DNA from: Octopus bimaculoides
Lineage: Eukaryota
Reading direction: 5' to 3'
NCBI RefSeq assembly: GCF_001194135.2
Contig: NC_068995.1
Span: 19,336,764-19,400,763 of the forward strand
DNA: 64,000 nt
Shown: one piece after another, positions 14,087 through 28,276 of the stretch
Layout of the letters: every line of letters begins with the position of its first letter
How positions within the stretch are numbered: position 1 is the stretch's first letter
Notes under the pieces: generated by a model
The model's database searches: none
Seen by the model: the letters and a program-made list of their open reading frames with translations, nothing else
What the model was told of the DNA's origin: nothing
Position numbers and translations under genes: made by a program

Positions 14087-17000
14087 GTATATATGTGGAT
14101 ATTTACACACACACATATATATATATATACATACATAATCTCATACATACATAGCGCACTCGCACACAGACATACATTACTTTAGTGGGGAGTGAAGATC
14201 ACAATGATCATAATGATAACGTTGAGGATGATAGAATTGGAAGTAAAGGAATAGGAAACAAATAGCGCCACGGACGAGAATCATAAGGAAATGAATGTTA
14301 AGTTGTTGAGTTTCACTTGAAGAGAAAGAGACAGCCGCAGTAAATAGTCGATAGAATTTCAATATGGTATTTGGTACACTTTGTTATTTTACGATTCCGT
14401 GATGCAGCATAATTACAGATCTGGCGCCAACACAGACTGATTCGTTCGAATTTGAAGTAACCTCTCTCATTTGTTTTTTTGGGTTTTTTTCATTTATTTT
14501 TTGCATTTTGATTTTGCAGGCATTCACCATTCTATTCTATTTCTTTGATTCTTTCTATCTTTGATTCTCTCTTAATCTGTTTCTGTCTTTAATCTACGTC
14601 TCTCTTTCTTTCCTTAACTGTTTTTTTTTGTTTATGTCATCATTCTTCATTTCATTCATTTTGTCTGTTTCTCCACCATCCCCCATGTTTTATTTACTTC
14701 TTTTTGTTTCTTTATACATTTTCTTCAGATATTCATTTTTCTTCTTTCATTTCCTTTTATACTGTTTAAGATTTAAACACCTGTCTCATTTACAAAATAC
14801 AAAAAAATATATATATATACACACAAATATAAAATCACAAAATCGAAACGTTACATCTTAGAATGTATTCAAACGAAGAGAATTGAGTAAATAAATTGTA
14901 AATTTAAATAATTTTTCTATTTCTTCAGAAAGTGGGTCAATAGGTGAACTGATGCGCTCACAAGAATGAAATACGTGAAAACTCAATGAGTAAGTGAATA
15001 AATAAATAAATAAATAAAATATTAATTAGAATAGTAAATATAGTTATTGTACTTGTAATAAAATTATTGTTTTGTTACAACTGAATCAATGATAAATTCA
15101 ACTTCTCTTGCAAGATGAATTGTTTATTATATAATATATTAACACGGAAAGCAATAATAGTTTTGGTTGCGTTTATTGCTTAGTGATACACACTAAATGA
15201 TACAGGAAACAAACGATTGCCTGGGACCAATAAGATGTTTCTTTAAACCAGTCTAACATTACATCTCTTAGTAAAACTATGTACCAAATTCAACAAGTTG
15301 GTTTGAATGTAGTATGTTTAAATTTTGGCTTTTTAAATAATGCTCAAAAGAACAAGACATTCATTTGATCAAACTAACTCTTCCCCAAATTCCACACATA
15401 TATTCGTCCGTTTTATTTGCTATTTCTGATCTTATATCTTTGGCCAATAGGCCTTATAACTTGCTGACAATAACGTCAAAAGATCCCCATTCATTTACAA
15501 GGAAGGACATATGAGACAGTGGATCATGAAATCTTCCATAGACATTATGTCAAGAAATACTAGATGTTCATTACTGGAACCTTTTATTATATATCTACTT
15601 GTGCAGAGTAGATATAAAACCGCAGCAAAAGTTAATCCATAATACAACTAGACTAGTCCTGGTGAAAATTCACAGCCTAAGTAGAAGGTACCCCTCACGC
15701 CCTATAAAAACTTTTCTAGACCAGTTAGACAAATACATTTACTGATTCTCTTGTTACCCTCGATGTTCATTTATGGTTAAAGAGTAAACATGGCCAAAGA
15801 AAAAGGCACATATGAGTGCAATTATGGTAACGAAGTTTGAATAGTAAAACGTTTGAAATGAGGTAATGCATAAGCCGGCTATATTGCATATATGTTACGA
15901 TTTAAATAGATAATTTACCAATACTTTAAGAGTAGAAAAGAAAAGAAAGGGCGTGTCCTGAAACATTCGTATTCATAACGAACTTGAATATTTTAATTAA
16001 CTATTACTCCTTCATAAAAATGAATGGAATAAAACCGGTTTCGTAATATGAGTAGTGATTGAATTTTGTTCCTGATCAAGACGACTGTGTTCTGGGATCA
16101 AAATTGCATTATAATTCTCGGTTAGTTTTCCAGGAAAAGTCCTATGTGCTTCGAAGGTTAAAGGAAATGAAACGATGATGATATATGTGCAGTTATTTGT
16201 GTAATTAGATGTGGCGTCCTTAACACCGTCTACATGTGCACATTTACAAGAAAATTCCTTCTGCTGATACTCTTTGATAGTCTGTTCTAATAATCGTCTC
16301 TGAAGTTAAATATAATATTCTCTGATTTGTAGTCAGTTGCAATAATAAAGTGGTAATGAAGGCGAGATGCTCTGATAGAAAGACTTTGCTTATTTTCAAA
16401 TCAGAACCGTGGAATTTTGGCTCGCAAAAAATTAATTCTGGGAAAGACGTAAAAGAGCAAGAATTTGTATTAACACGAATATTTTACCGTCAAAGAGGTA
16501 AATGCATAGCTTGATTTGTTCTGCATTAGGACCTAAACAGATTACAAAACATCGTTAAAGATATCTTTTATTGCACATGAACTAGGCCATTTTCATTGAC
16601 TTAGCTACTGGACAGAATTTTAAGGTTAACGAGGTAAAAATTATCAAGTTTATGACTGATGACCTAAATGATTCTCGCAGTAAAATTTGTCCCCATGTAT
16701 TGCAAAATATTATCTTACAGGTATGCACCGAAGAAAATACGGACAGTGTTTCATAGTTCTCTGCCTCAGGGAATTTTAGCTATACGGCATTCTCCTCAGA
16801 TATCAACTAACAGATCGCACCACCAACAGATGATATACACCTCGTTGATTTCATTTATGACCATTTGAAAGTACCTAATTTATTATTTCGTCTGAATAAG
16901 AACCGGATCTTCTTTATAAGAAAATTCATAATCTCATATTTGAAAAGCTATACATTTAGACCAGTGTTTCCCAAACTATTTTTTTCCTTAGGCCTCACTA

Positions 17001-17440
17001 TAACTTTCCAGAAAATGTATGCCCTTCCCGTGGTTGGAATGAAAAAACTTTATTTTAAATATTTCATAATTATATAGTTTCCTTAAAGAAATATCCACAC
17101 TCGAGCATTAGAGTAGCGATATGCTGTAGCAAACAATCTTCACACAGGAAGGATTGGCTTGATTAGGCTAAGTTTAGGTGTAGTATGTTTGCTATGGAAA
17201 AAACTTTTCAGCTCCATGTCTCGCTACAAAATAAAAAAGAAAACGTCCCACTAAAATTTTCTCTATGAACAACTGTTATGTTACCCTTCCAAATTCTCTT
17301 CGCATTTCTGGTTAGTTCCAGATGTTTTTTAGTGTATTCCATTTCTTTGTTATCCACTCTGTTATCATATAATATCATATAATAACGTGAAGTCTACGAC
17401 CTTACACCTTTTTATTTCCTTTGTCTTCTTGCTTCAATAT

Positions 17441-17632
17441 TGGTTTCAGATTTTGGCACAAGGTCAGCATTTTCGAGATAGGAGGAAAACGATTACATCA
17501 ACCACAGTGCTCTACTTCTACTTATTTTATCGACCCCCATAAAAGGAAGGGCAGAGTCGACCTCGGCAGAATATGAACTCAGAACGTAAAGATGGATGAA
17601 AAACCCGGTAACCATTTTGCCAGCTCAGTGCC
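17441..17632 (-). mobile_element. SINE family A (tRNA head, gataaaataagtaccagttgagcactgggg body, ttgtgccaaaatttgaaacc tail)
   Basis: Reverse complement aligns to 48958-49168 and 56428-56628. Confidence 0.85.
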
Positions 17633-19627
17633 TATCTACTTGCTTCAATATTACGGTTAGTCTTCATGGGGTAGACCATTTATATTCTGGAATTCTTATA
17701 CTCTATCATAACCCCTCTTGTTCTTGAATACATTATTATTCTGCTATTTCTATACACTCGCTCAACATTCCATTGCACTTCATCTTATTTTTCATTACTT
17801 ACTTGTTACACATTACTCGAAGTAACTTATCAACACTTTGCAAGAGTGATTAGAATGTTACATCTATTGAATTTCTTTCTGTTGCAGAATAATATATTTT
17901 TTCTATTTAACCGCCCCCGTACATAAACTGATCCAAAACACGCGGCCCGAAAATTGTAGCGTTTGCGTGAAAGTTATAGTTAGAGAAATCAGTTGAGAGC
18001 GGCTTGTGTTTAAATATAAAATATACTATCATGTAAATAATGGATTTGAAAAATTTACAATGAAATTAAATGGTTATTTGTGTGAAAATCTGAAGTGTCT
18101 AAAAATTTCCATGTAAACTGATAATACGGAAAGAGAAATAGATGTGTCCTGAAAGAGAATCAACTGACTTCATGAATATTCACACCCATCTCAGAATTTT
18201 TGCATCGAACGCTTTCCGTTTCTGTTATTTCAATTAAAATTTCAATTAATTTCAAAAGAATACTGATTATTTCAGCGAATCTATAAGATGTTCCGAATGA
18301 ATAAGTTAGAAATACTCAAATATAAAAGGGTACAATAATACAAATAAAAACAAACAAAAATATCTGAAATTATTACAGCATAGACAGATGAATAGTGAAA
18401 TAATTAATGTCTGTTGTTAGGACTGATGTGGACGCTGGTGCTGATGGTGATATTTTTGTTCATGTCGCTGGTGTGTATTTTGGATTTTATTTAGTTTTTC
18501 TTGATTTAAATCATGAATGTTTTCTAATGATTTAAATTAGTTCATTTCTGAAATCGAAACAATGAAGAAAACTGAATGAGAAACATCGAATGAAAAACAA
18601 ATTAACAAGTAAAAAATTTACAAGAAAAAATATCACAATATTTTTCTCTTTTTACAATGGGAATACCTGATTTTATCGGTTTCTACTCTAGAAACTCTCT
18701 TTCAGATATGCATGCGCACATTCATACACTCACACTCTACATTTTAACACCCACTCGGTTTCCCATCTCATCGAAATATGCAATTCAGTGATGTAACCCG
18801 CCAAATAAATTAAATGGAAACCGTCTAAACATAGCAAATATCCGCTTATCGCTCTGCCATGCAACATTTGGAGGAGAATTACAGAGAAGATAGTAGATCA
18901 TTTTGAATGGGAACATATCTTCAATCGATTGACATATAAATTCCACCTGCTGAAATCCACAAATCTTAACGCATTTTCTGACAGATTCATGCTTTGGAAA
19001 GTTTCACTAAAAAGTGTTATTCTCCGAAATATCTGCTCGAAACAGGTCTTTTGGAAAGAAGTATAGTATTTACAATCACTACGTGGTTATTGGTTTTGTT
19101 TACCAACGGATGAGCCCTAGTAGCGCAAGCTTGTGATTAAAACGTAGCACTGATGAATATTTCACCTTTTTTATGTTTAATTTAGTATTTCAATTTCTAG
19201 AGAGGTGATGTGCAGTTTGAAGGAGATTTGGTAGCTATTTCTAGTAATTAATATTTCCTAATAATATGCTGTCTGACATCACTCAGCGCTCAATGAAAAC
19301 TTCACGATTAATGTTTTTGTTTTTGCTTTTATAAACGATCTTTGAAAGTCAGATTTTTACCAAAATTCCAGACGAAAACCAAATAGGATTGCGTATAGTT
19401 TCTATCAATCTGTGTCCCTAATTACAATATCTATGTAGAATTGTGATATTAAGAGTGAAGTCATTTGAGATTGTAAACACAAATAACGTAATACGAAGCG
19501 TTGAACCACTAACGGTTCATCCAGTTTTGTTTCGGTAAAAAAATATTAGAAATTAAAGAATCATACGGCTAAAGATTCCTAGAATTCATATAATTATTTA
19601 TTCCTTTACTTATTACGAAGCTCTGAA

Positions 19628-19659
<32 letters not shown>

Positions 19660-19676
19660 ATTTCATTCTTTTTCAG

Positions 19677-19697
19677 AAACCATCAGCTTGATATCAG
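19677..19697 (+). CDS. Candidate 21-nt microexon (unassigned; may be chance)
   Basis: tttcattctttttcag|AAACCATCAGCTTGATATCAG|gtatga; open in phases 1 and 2; no partner exon identified. Confidence 0.15.
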
Positions 19698-20738
19698 GTA
19701 TGACTTATTAATTAAATATTTTATGATATGAAACATATCATTAACGATAGAACTAATTACAGCATGGAGTAAATTCATAAAATGTGTCTGTGTGAATTGT
19801 TTTTCTCTCTCTTCACAGAGAATCAGCATAATAGCAATCCAAATAATAGTATTTTAAATCGTAGAACAACATTTACTATCATTTATTATCATCTCATTTT
19901 ACACAATTCTTTACAAAACATTTACTGGGCAGTGATTCTTTTAAAACGGGGAAGTGTTAACAATACTCAACCTATATTATTTCAAGAGACTCGTTAAAAA
20001 CTTCTGTGAGACTTTTCAGAGTGTTCAAGGTTAAATCAGATACCGTACCGTATTTGGTTTCAACTTGTCTTGATCGCTATTCACTTTTGCACTATAGGTG
20101 TTAGTAGCAGCTGTTGTTGTCCTGTTGTGCAGCTAGTATTACGTTACACAATGTAGCTATATTTAAGACGCTATGGTGTAATGGGAGAATATTTTCTTGC
20201 TATTTCTATCCAGTTGACTGATCACGTAGGGCCAGTTTTGAGGGTATGAATTCAATTTTATAGTTTTATACGACTGTAGATATATTTTAGGAATGATGTG
20301 TCAAATCATCAAGTGATGTTTATTTAATGTAAATTAACAATATCACATGGTTAACAGCTGTATTGCATTGCGGGATAAGATAAGAAAGAATTTTCATTAA
20401 GGAAGCAAACAATTTAAATGAAGAATCAGTATTCTCATTATCCAATATAGAGCATGAAAAATATCATGCTTAGTAGAAAGGCAAAATTAAATTTACGAAA
20501 GAAACTGGAATAGAGAAAGGAAACTGGAAAAGAATCAGAGTTCAAAAATATCACACAAAAGTACTCCAATACTTGAAAATATTGTCAATGATTGATATAA
20601 GGTATCGTCAATTTATTATAGCCAAAAATTCTCTGTATGAAAAGATTCCTGTAATACTTCCGAAATTTCTGAACAGCATAATTATTTGGACTGGTACTTC
20701 ATTATATTGAATAATTTGAAATAATTAATGAAGGAACT

Positions 20739-20917
20739 AAGGTGGTAAGCTGACGGAGTCGTTATCAGGCCAGGTAAAATTCTTACCGGTATTTCATTCG
20801 GCTTTACGTTTTGAGTTCAAAATCCGCCTAAAATGAGTACCAGTTGGGCAGTAGGATCGACATAATCGACTAGCTCTCTCAACTGTAATTTCTGGCGTTG
20901 TGTCAAAATTTGAAACC
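20739..20917 (+). mobile_element. SINE family A, internally deleted
   Basis: Head (ggtaagctgacggagtcgtt..gagttcaaaatcc) joined to agtaccagttg..gtcaaaatttgaaacc. Confidence 0.8.
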
Positions 20918-22272
20918 AGTAACTTATGAGGAAACTAATCAATTCTCTCTAAAACATGTTCTTCTTATCAAAATTGAAAACAAAATGCTTTTAAATTATT
21001 AAGTAGTTTGTAAAAAGAATAGCTACAAATCACAAATAGACATATCAGAGATTCCAAAATGTCCGAATTCTCTAAAGTCTTCCATTATTTACTCACAAAC
21101 ACATACATGAAGAAAAAAATCACATATACCAAAATGCATACACATAGAAAATTAAGAACGGGATACACATTCATTAAACTTTAAAATAAATAATAATCAT
21201 TATAAAATTGCCTTAGCAAATGAATTTAAATGGAATATGCTAGTGGGTGTAATTTAATTGTTATATGCTTTCAACGAACGGCTAAATCCACGGGAAACAG
21301 AGCAGGCATTTAGCCAAAAAATTTCAAGTGTAATCACCTCGACTTTTTTCATAAAAAGAGTCTAAACGTTTAATTTTCTCATCTCTTTAAACCATTCATT
21401 ATCAGGAGTATAAAAGTAAGGAAATTTCGCTTTCAGTTCAAGAAGTTTGTGGGCAAAAATTCCCTGCTATTTTGAAAAGTTTACGTTACTTCATCTAAGT
21501 GCAGAAGACAGTGTACTTTCTTTTTTTTTATCTAAACTAGCATGCACTGGAAAAGAATTTCACTCCACTAAAAATAACAAAAAAACACATTTGTATCTAG
21601 TACAATGAAACTATTATTTTATTGGTTAACTATGTGTAAGTCCTATACTATTAACAAAGCTCATAATAGGGTTCTCATGATCAGTTTAAGCTATATCACT
21701 ATATTTACATTCCAGTTACATTTGTATTAGCCTTACGTACTGTGACTAATTGTGTTCAATGTCCTTAAAAATTAGACCGAAGTGTCCACGATGGAATGTA
21801 GTAGCATTACTACAAACGTTGTAGAATCCGAGGGATATCTGCAGACATTCATTTGTAGAACAATTCCAATGAGAAAGTCTTTATCTTGCCAGTTGTTTTG
21901 CCAGAAATAGTAGCGAAATATCACTAAACCTACGGTAGTCCACCATCTTCAAGCATGATCCGATTTAAAATGTTCCATAAAGAATCTCACAGCTTTGATT
22001 CGAATTTGTTGTCAAACACTTGCCCAATCATGGCTCACCTGGAACGAAACGACAATTGTAGTACAATAATTTGAGGAATCATTACAAACTATTTCACTAG
22101 AATTATGAAAACAATGATAATGAAAAAGCAAGAATATTGCAATTTTTATTTAGACAACATTAAAATTCGGCCAAGTCAGATGAAGCCTGTATTATGATAA
22201 ATGTTGCAATAAATTCCATGTTGTATTTAGGTCTCACCCTTAACATTACTATTCAAATCCCGCTAGTGGCGA

Positions 22273-22318
22273 CAATAACATTCAGATTCTGGGCTCAATA
22301 ACATTCAGATTCTGGGTA
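22273..22318. repeat. 23-bp tandem duplication
   Basis: caataacattcagattctgggct / caataacattcagattctgggta. Confidence 0.9.
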
Positions 22319-23329
22319 CAATTTAATTATATTTCTTCCCCAGGAACATATGCAATGCGCAACAAATAAAACAATAAAAAAATAGTGACTTTTTAAAAAT
22401 CAATTGACCTATTTTAAATGCGACCCTGCTAGAATTATTTTGTCTTTTATTCAGATATAGTGAATCAAGGACCATATTAGTGTCTATTTTAGTGTACGTC
22501 CATTTTTAAGATGTTAGATGTAATCCGATAGAGATTTAGCGGCAAATTCTCGCATTTGTAGCAACCTTTTAGTCTCACTCCTTTGTTTTCTTACGATGTC
22601 AGTCGATTTTATATTTCTCTTCCCTCATTATTAATGGCAAAACTGATACGGCATATAGTTTGCTACAATCCCTCTCTCAATATATCGGGATTTCTCTAAT
22701 GAAAGCAACTTCTGATAGTTACATAAATGCACTTTATTTATCAGTTCACAGAATGATGCGATTTGAAATTTGTTCAACATAATTTTGTGCATTAGTATAT
22801 TATTATATTTATCTTTTATTTCAATATTTCAAATTCATTGAATTTGGTATTTGATATCTTCATTTGAAACCATCGATTTTGACCTAGGTCTGGTATGAAT
22901 CAACTGATTTGCATCCAGCAATACTATCTCCACTCTACAATTTTCAAGAAAATATTATACAAACTTACATATATACAGTGCATACACATTCTTACATACA
23001 TACATGCATACGTGCATATATTCACAAATATATTAATACATAAATGGATGTGTATACATATATTTGTATATCTGTATATGTCCATGTGTGTGTCTATGTG
23101 TATAAATGCATATATACACGTACAATTATACTTGTACAAATACAATGATTTTATGAAATCTGAAAATAGATGGTATGATTATGTCAGGTAGCAATAGACA
23201 TTTTTCATACACTAATATCCACTTGAAATATAATGTCTGCAGTAAGTAATCGACAGATAATGAACAGGCCTATCACCCAATGTAATTTTAGATAAACGAA
23301 CTAAAGCCGTCTCACTTCACTTAGCATTA

Positions 23330-23719
23330 TTTTATTCTTATTCATGTTTTACTCATTTGACTGCGGTCATGCAGGCGCACCGCTTTTTAGTCGAAGGAGT
23401 CGACCCCAGCACTTATTCTTTGTAAGTCTGATACTTATTCTATTGGTATCTTTTGCCGAAGCGCGAAGTCACAGGGACGTAAACACACCAAGATCGGTTG
23501 TCAAGCGATGGTGGGGGACCAAACACAGACACAAACACACATACACACGCACTCGTATATATGACAGGCGTCCTTCGTTTTCCGTTTAACAAATCCACTC
23601 ACAAGCCTTTGGTCGGTCCGAGACTATAGTAGAAGACAATTGCCCAAGGTGCTACGCAGTGAGACTGAACCAAGAACCATGTGGTTGGGAAGCAAGCTTC
23701 TTACCACTGAGCCACGCCT
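23330..23719 (-). mobile_element. SINE family B, full length (best copy in window)
   Basis: Minus strand has a tRNA-like head (ggcgtggctcagtggtaag..gttcagtctc), the CORE-like ccttgggcaa motif, a short internal (TG/TA) repeat and an A-rich tail. Confidence 0.9.
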
Positions 23720-24089
23720 ATGAACTATATATCCCCTCATGACTATGTTCCTTGATAATACTAACTAGGTGCTTCTACCTGATCCCACAATCTGCTTCAT
23801 GTAAGAAGAAACATTTTCAAATAACAAGGGAAATATAGTTCCAGATACACAGTATGTTCAGGACGACAATATCATTTGAGCATGTCTGTTTCATGAAGCT
23901 GACTACTCAAAATACTGGATTTGAGTACTTCTTATAAAAGAGTAGATAAGAAGTTACGATATTCATAAACTTCCTCAACTGATTGATTCTGGTGAAATAG
24001 TTTCAACCAGAAATATAGACACGGTTTTCTAGTTACCAACAGGAATTTGTTGCTTCTCGTTCAAGTCTCTGGATGTAAAGCAACATTTT

Positions 24090-24530
24090 CATTTCTTTCT
24101 CGCATCTTTTATAACATTTTTCTTTGCCAAATTTATTTGCGTTCTCAAACTTTTGCCTACGCCATCTTATATTCCACCTCCTTTACAGAGACTTCACGAA
24201 TTCTCTCACACAACATCTCTTTTATTCGAGAATACCTCTACTTCTTTCATTCTATTTCCCTCGTTTCTTTTTCTCTCCCGGTCTCGCCCTCTCTATTTAC
24301 TTCTCTATTCTTTTTTCTCTTCTCTTTCTCTCACCCCCATTCTCTTTCTGAATCCCTTTCTGTTGCTTTTTCAGTCTCACCCATTCTGTATCTCAATCAT
24401 TCCGATCAATTCTTCTCCATATTGCTTATTTAATTTTGGACTGTTTTTTTTCTTTCTTTTTTTTTTTTTTGCAAAGGATTTTTCTTCATTTTTTTTTTTT
24501 TCTACCTGTTATTATTTCTTTGATTAGTTT
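24090..24530. repeat. Pyrimidine-rich low-complexity tract
   Basis: C/T-dominated plus strand; the F/L/S-rich ORFs here are artefacts. Confidence 0.85.
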
Positions 24531-25009
24531 TTATTTCAGTGAATTAGAATTGCAGAAGAAATGTGTGTTCGAGACTGAAAATAACACAATCTACATTATA
24601 AATTGCCATCCGTAATAGAATGGGGGAGTGGGAAAGTAAAGAAATACAGCAGAAAGAAATAACCTCAACTGATTTACGTCAAACGAACTGCACCGTAGAG
24701 AAATAGTTTTCTCTGTTTGAAGGAGCGTGAAATAAAGCTAAGAGAGAAACAAAAAATAGAAATTTGAAAAAAAGAAATCAATATATACTACATAGTTGGT
24801 GGCAAAGTTGAATTAAAGAATAAATCCGTTTTATGGATGTTTGCTAATTAAGATGAATTCAATACCTGACTGACAAAGCTGCAACTGGCCAAGTCTCTGT
24901 TGGTTGTTTGTTGAAATACTAAACAAAATATCCTTTCATACCGATGCTGTGTTTAGTCCCAGGAACAAAAGACCCAACAAACACACAAGACTTTACACAT
25001 ATCTAACCA

Positions 25010-25061
25010 TCCGTTTATCTATCTGTCTATCTATCTATCTATCTATCTATCCATCTATCTG

Positions 25062-25148
<87 letters not shown>

Positions 25149-25200
25149 GACTGTCTGTCTGTCTATCTACTTACCTATCTACTTATCTATATAACTGACT
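25010..25200. repeat. (ATCT/GTCT)n tetranucleotide array
   Basis: Direct reading; related arrays at 365-410, 26800-26905, 35820-35960 and 62320-62380. Confidence 0.95.
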
Positions 25201-25366
25201 ATCTATATGAGTATTAATCCATTTATCTCTGTTTCCGTCGCTCGTTCTTTACATACATACACAGATACATAAACGCAAAACATACTTATACAACGATTGT
25301 GTATTGGAAATTCATGTTTTTGCGTCGCAAAGCACAATAAAGAATATGTGTGTGTTTGTGTATGTA

Positions 25367-25414
<48 letters not shown>

Positions 25415-25437
25415 CGTGCCTGTGTGTGCCTGTGTGC

Positions 25438-25476
<39 letters not shown>

Positions 25477-26862
25477 CATTAGTGTAAGCGTGTTTGTATG
25501 AATGTATGTATTTTCAAGGTGAGTTGAAGTCACAAAGTATTTCAAGCAATTAGGTTAGAACAGGAAATAGGTGTGGTAAAATATTTCTGTAACGCTGATA
25601 CATCTTATGTTTTGCGGTTCCGCTTTATTTGGTGAATTCTACAACAAATCTTTTGAATTTCTAATTTTAGCGGCCCATGATCAATTCGTGAGTTTGACGA
25701 CGTTTACATCTTTACTAATAAAAGAATGTTCTTGAGTATGGATGATTCAGACCGTAAATATGAAATGTATATGAAAAATATATATGAATCCCCGGATGAT
25801 ATTCAGTGCAAGAATGATCTAATGGTTCCTTCGTTTATGATCCTTCATGTGCTTAGGTTGCTTGGCTCACAACACACACACACGCATGATCTCATGCACA
25901 TACACATACAGAGCTCATATACACGCACACAAACGCAGACACACAAACACACACACAATGCATGAAAAAGCAGAGTGAAAGTTTGTCTCTCTGTATGTAT
26001 GTATGTATGTATGTATGTACGTACGTACGTATGTATGTAGGTACGCACGTATGTACGGATGTATCTATGTATGTACGTACTAGGGAGTGTGTCTATATAT
26101 CTCCGTATTCGGATAAACATACTTTAAAAAATACCGAAGATTAAAGCAAGGAAACCTTTCTCTTTAACCGTATATAAATATATAGGGAAATCATTGACGA
26201 ACAGCATCTTCAAGGACAAAAAGAAGAATAAAAGTCAAACGAACGTAGACAATAAATATATGAGTTTCACGCTACGTGAAAGTTCAGACGAAAAATTAGA
26301 AGTACAAAAATTACGTTTCGAGCACACCTCTTCGTCGGACAGTAAAAGGAAGTGCAGAGTTGAGAAGTAGATGGAAGAAAAGGCTACTCTAAATGAAAAC
26401 ATTTGGGTCACTTTATGGTATATTCCACTTTTATTGTTCTAGCTTTTGCTCTTAAATTGCCATTCGGGACCGTTTGCCTATTATCAAACGCTTGCGCTGA
26501 TATTCCACGCCGGTTCTTTACTATTAATATATAACCAGGACACGGTAACGTGGATCATTGACAAAAAGTGAAATATTACTCAGGATAAATGTTGGTGAAT
26601 CGCTTTTAAGTTCCGAGTATTGACATTGGTTTTTGGATCTCTCACATGGTTGATAGTATACCAAACAAGATTCTGTAATACACACAAACATACACAGATA
26701 CATACACATATACGCAGACAACACAGACAAATCTATCTGTTTATCTTTCTATCTAACTATATATATTAATGCTTGTGTGTAAGCGCGCGCAAGTATAGAC
26801 AGATAGATACAAAGATAGATAGATACATAGATAGCCAGATAGATAGCTAGACAGACAGATAT

Positions 26863-26904
<42 letters not shown>

Positions 26905-26959
26905 GCATACATACATACATACATATATAGAGGGATTTAAACATACATGCATACATACA

Positions 26960-27027
<68 letters not shown>

Positions 27028-28153
27028 CATAATACATAAATAGATAGACTGGCAGACAGAGTGACATAAATGTATGTAACGGGTGACCAGAATACATAAA
27101 GGTTTACTTGGAATGATACAAGAACGAGAAATAGGNNNNNNNNNNNNNNNNNNNNNNNNNNNNNNNNNNNNNNNNNNNNNNNNNNNNNNNNNNNNNNNNN
27201 NNNNNNNNNNNNNNNNNNNNNNNNNNNNNNNNNNNNNNNNNNNNNNNNNNNNNNNNNNNNNNNNNNNNNNNNNNNNNNNNNNNNNNNNNNNNNNNNNNNN
27301 NNNNNNNNNNNNNNNNNNNNNNNNNNNNNNNNNNNNNNNNNNNNNNNNNNNNNNNNNNNNNNNNNNNNNNNNNNNNNNNNNNNNNNNNNNNNNNNNNNNN
27401 NNNNNNNNNNNNNNNNNNNNNNNNNNNNNNNNNNNNNNNNNNNNNNNNNNNNNNNNNNNNNNNNNNNNNNNNNNNNNNNNNNNNNNNNNNNNNNNNNNNN
27501 NNNNNNNNNNNNNNNNNNNNNNNNNNNNNNNNNNNNNNNNNNNNNNNNNNNNNNNNNNNNNNNNNNNNNNNNNNNNNNNNNNNNNNNNNNNNNNNNNNNN
27601 NNNNNNNNNNNNNNNNNNNNNNNNNNNNNNNNNNNNNNNNNNNNNNNNNNNNNNNNNNNNNNNNNNNNNNNNNNNNNNNNNNNNNNNNNNNNNNNNNNNN
27701 NNATATATATATATATATATATATACATATAGATAGATAGATATATGTATATGTGTATATGTGTGCGCGTGTGTATGTATATGTGTACGTATGTGTGTAC
27801 GTATGCATGTATGTAAGTATGCATGTACATATATAATATATACATATGATTATAATCCCTTATGGTTGATTAAATAAATATTAGACTCCCGCAATCATAT
27901 CATTACTTCGAAATTACTGTTCTGTACAACATTGTATCTGTGAATATGTATATACGTACGAAATCATTGCCTGTGTATGTGTGTTCGTGTATCTGTGTGA
28001 GAATGCGGGTATGTATACACATATATTAGGGCACTTGCTTATACTCGCATATGAGTTAATAAAAGTGAGTAGTCATGTTCTTGTGATTATTGATGTGTGT
28101 GTTGATTGTACCCTATCAATATCCATGGAAATACAATATTGTTCTGTCCGTAC

Positions 28154-28276
28154 CCCCAGGCGAAGAAGTAGGATCTCCCAAGACATATAAATAGAGGTAG
28201 TCTGGCCGTGGTGGTAGTGTTGAGTAGCGGTCGAGTAGCAGTTGTGTAGTGTTTGAGTAGTGATCATCCGAAGGTG
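28154..28276 (-). CDS. Candidate 123-nt internal exon, unknown product
   Basis: High-complexity GC island; ctcttgctatctag| acceptor and |gtacgg donor. Phase-1 reading is (A)PSDDHYSNTTQLLLDRYSTLPPRPDYLYLYVLGDPTSSPG; phase 0 is also open; no family recognised. Confidence 0.3.

Noticed and set aside
14929-14989. Plus-strand exon with strong acceptor and GTAAGT donor
   Set aside because: Stops in all frames; could be non-coding, but there is no evidence of use.
16962-16977. hAT-type TIR CAGTGTTTCCCAAACT
   Set aside because: No matching inverted end or 8-bp target duplication nearby; element boundaries cannot be defined.
17155-17185. Interstitial telomere-like TTAGG repeats
   Set aside because: Only two or three degenerate units.
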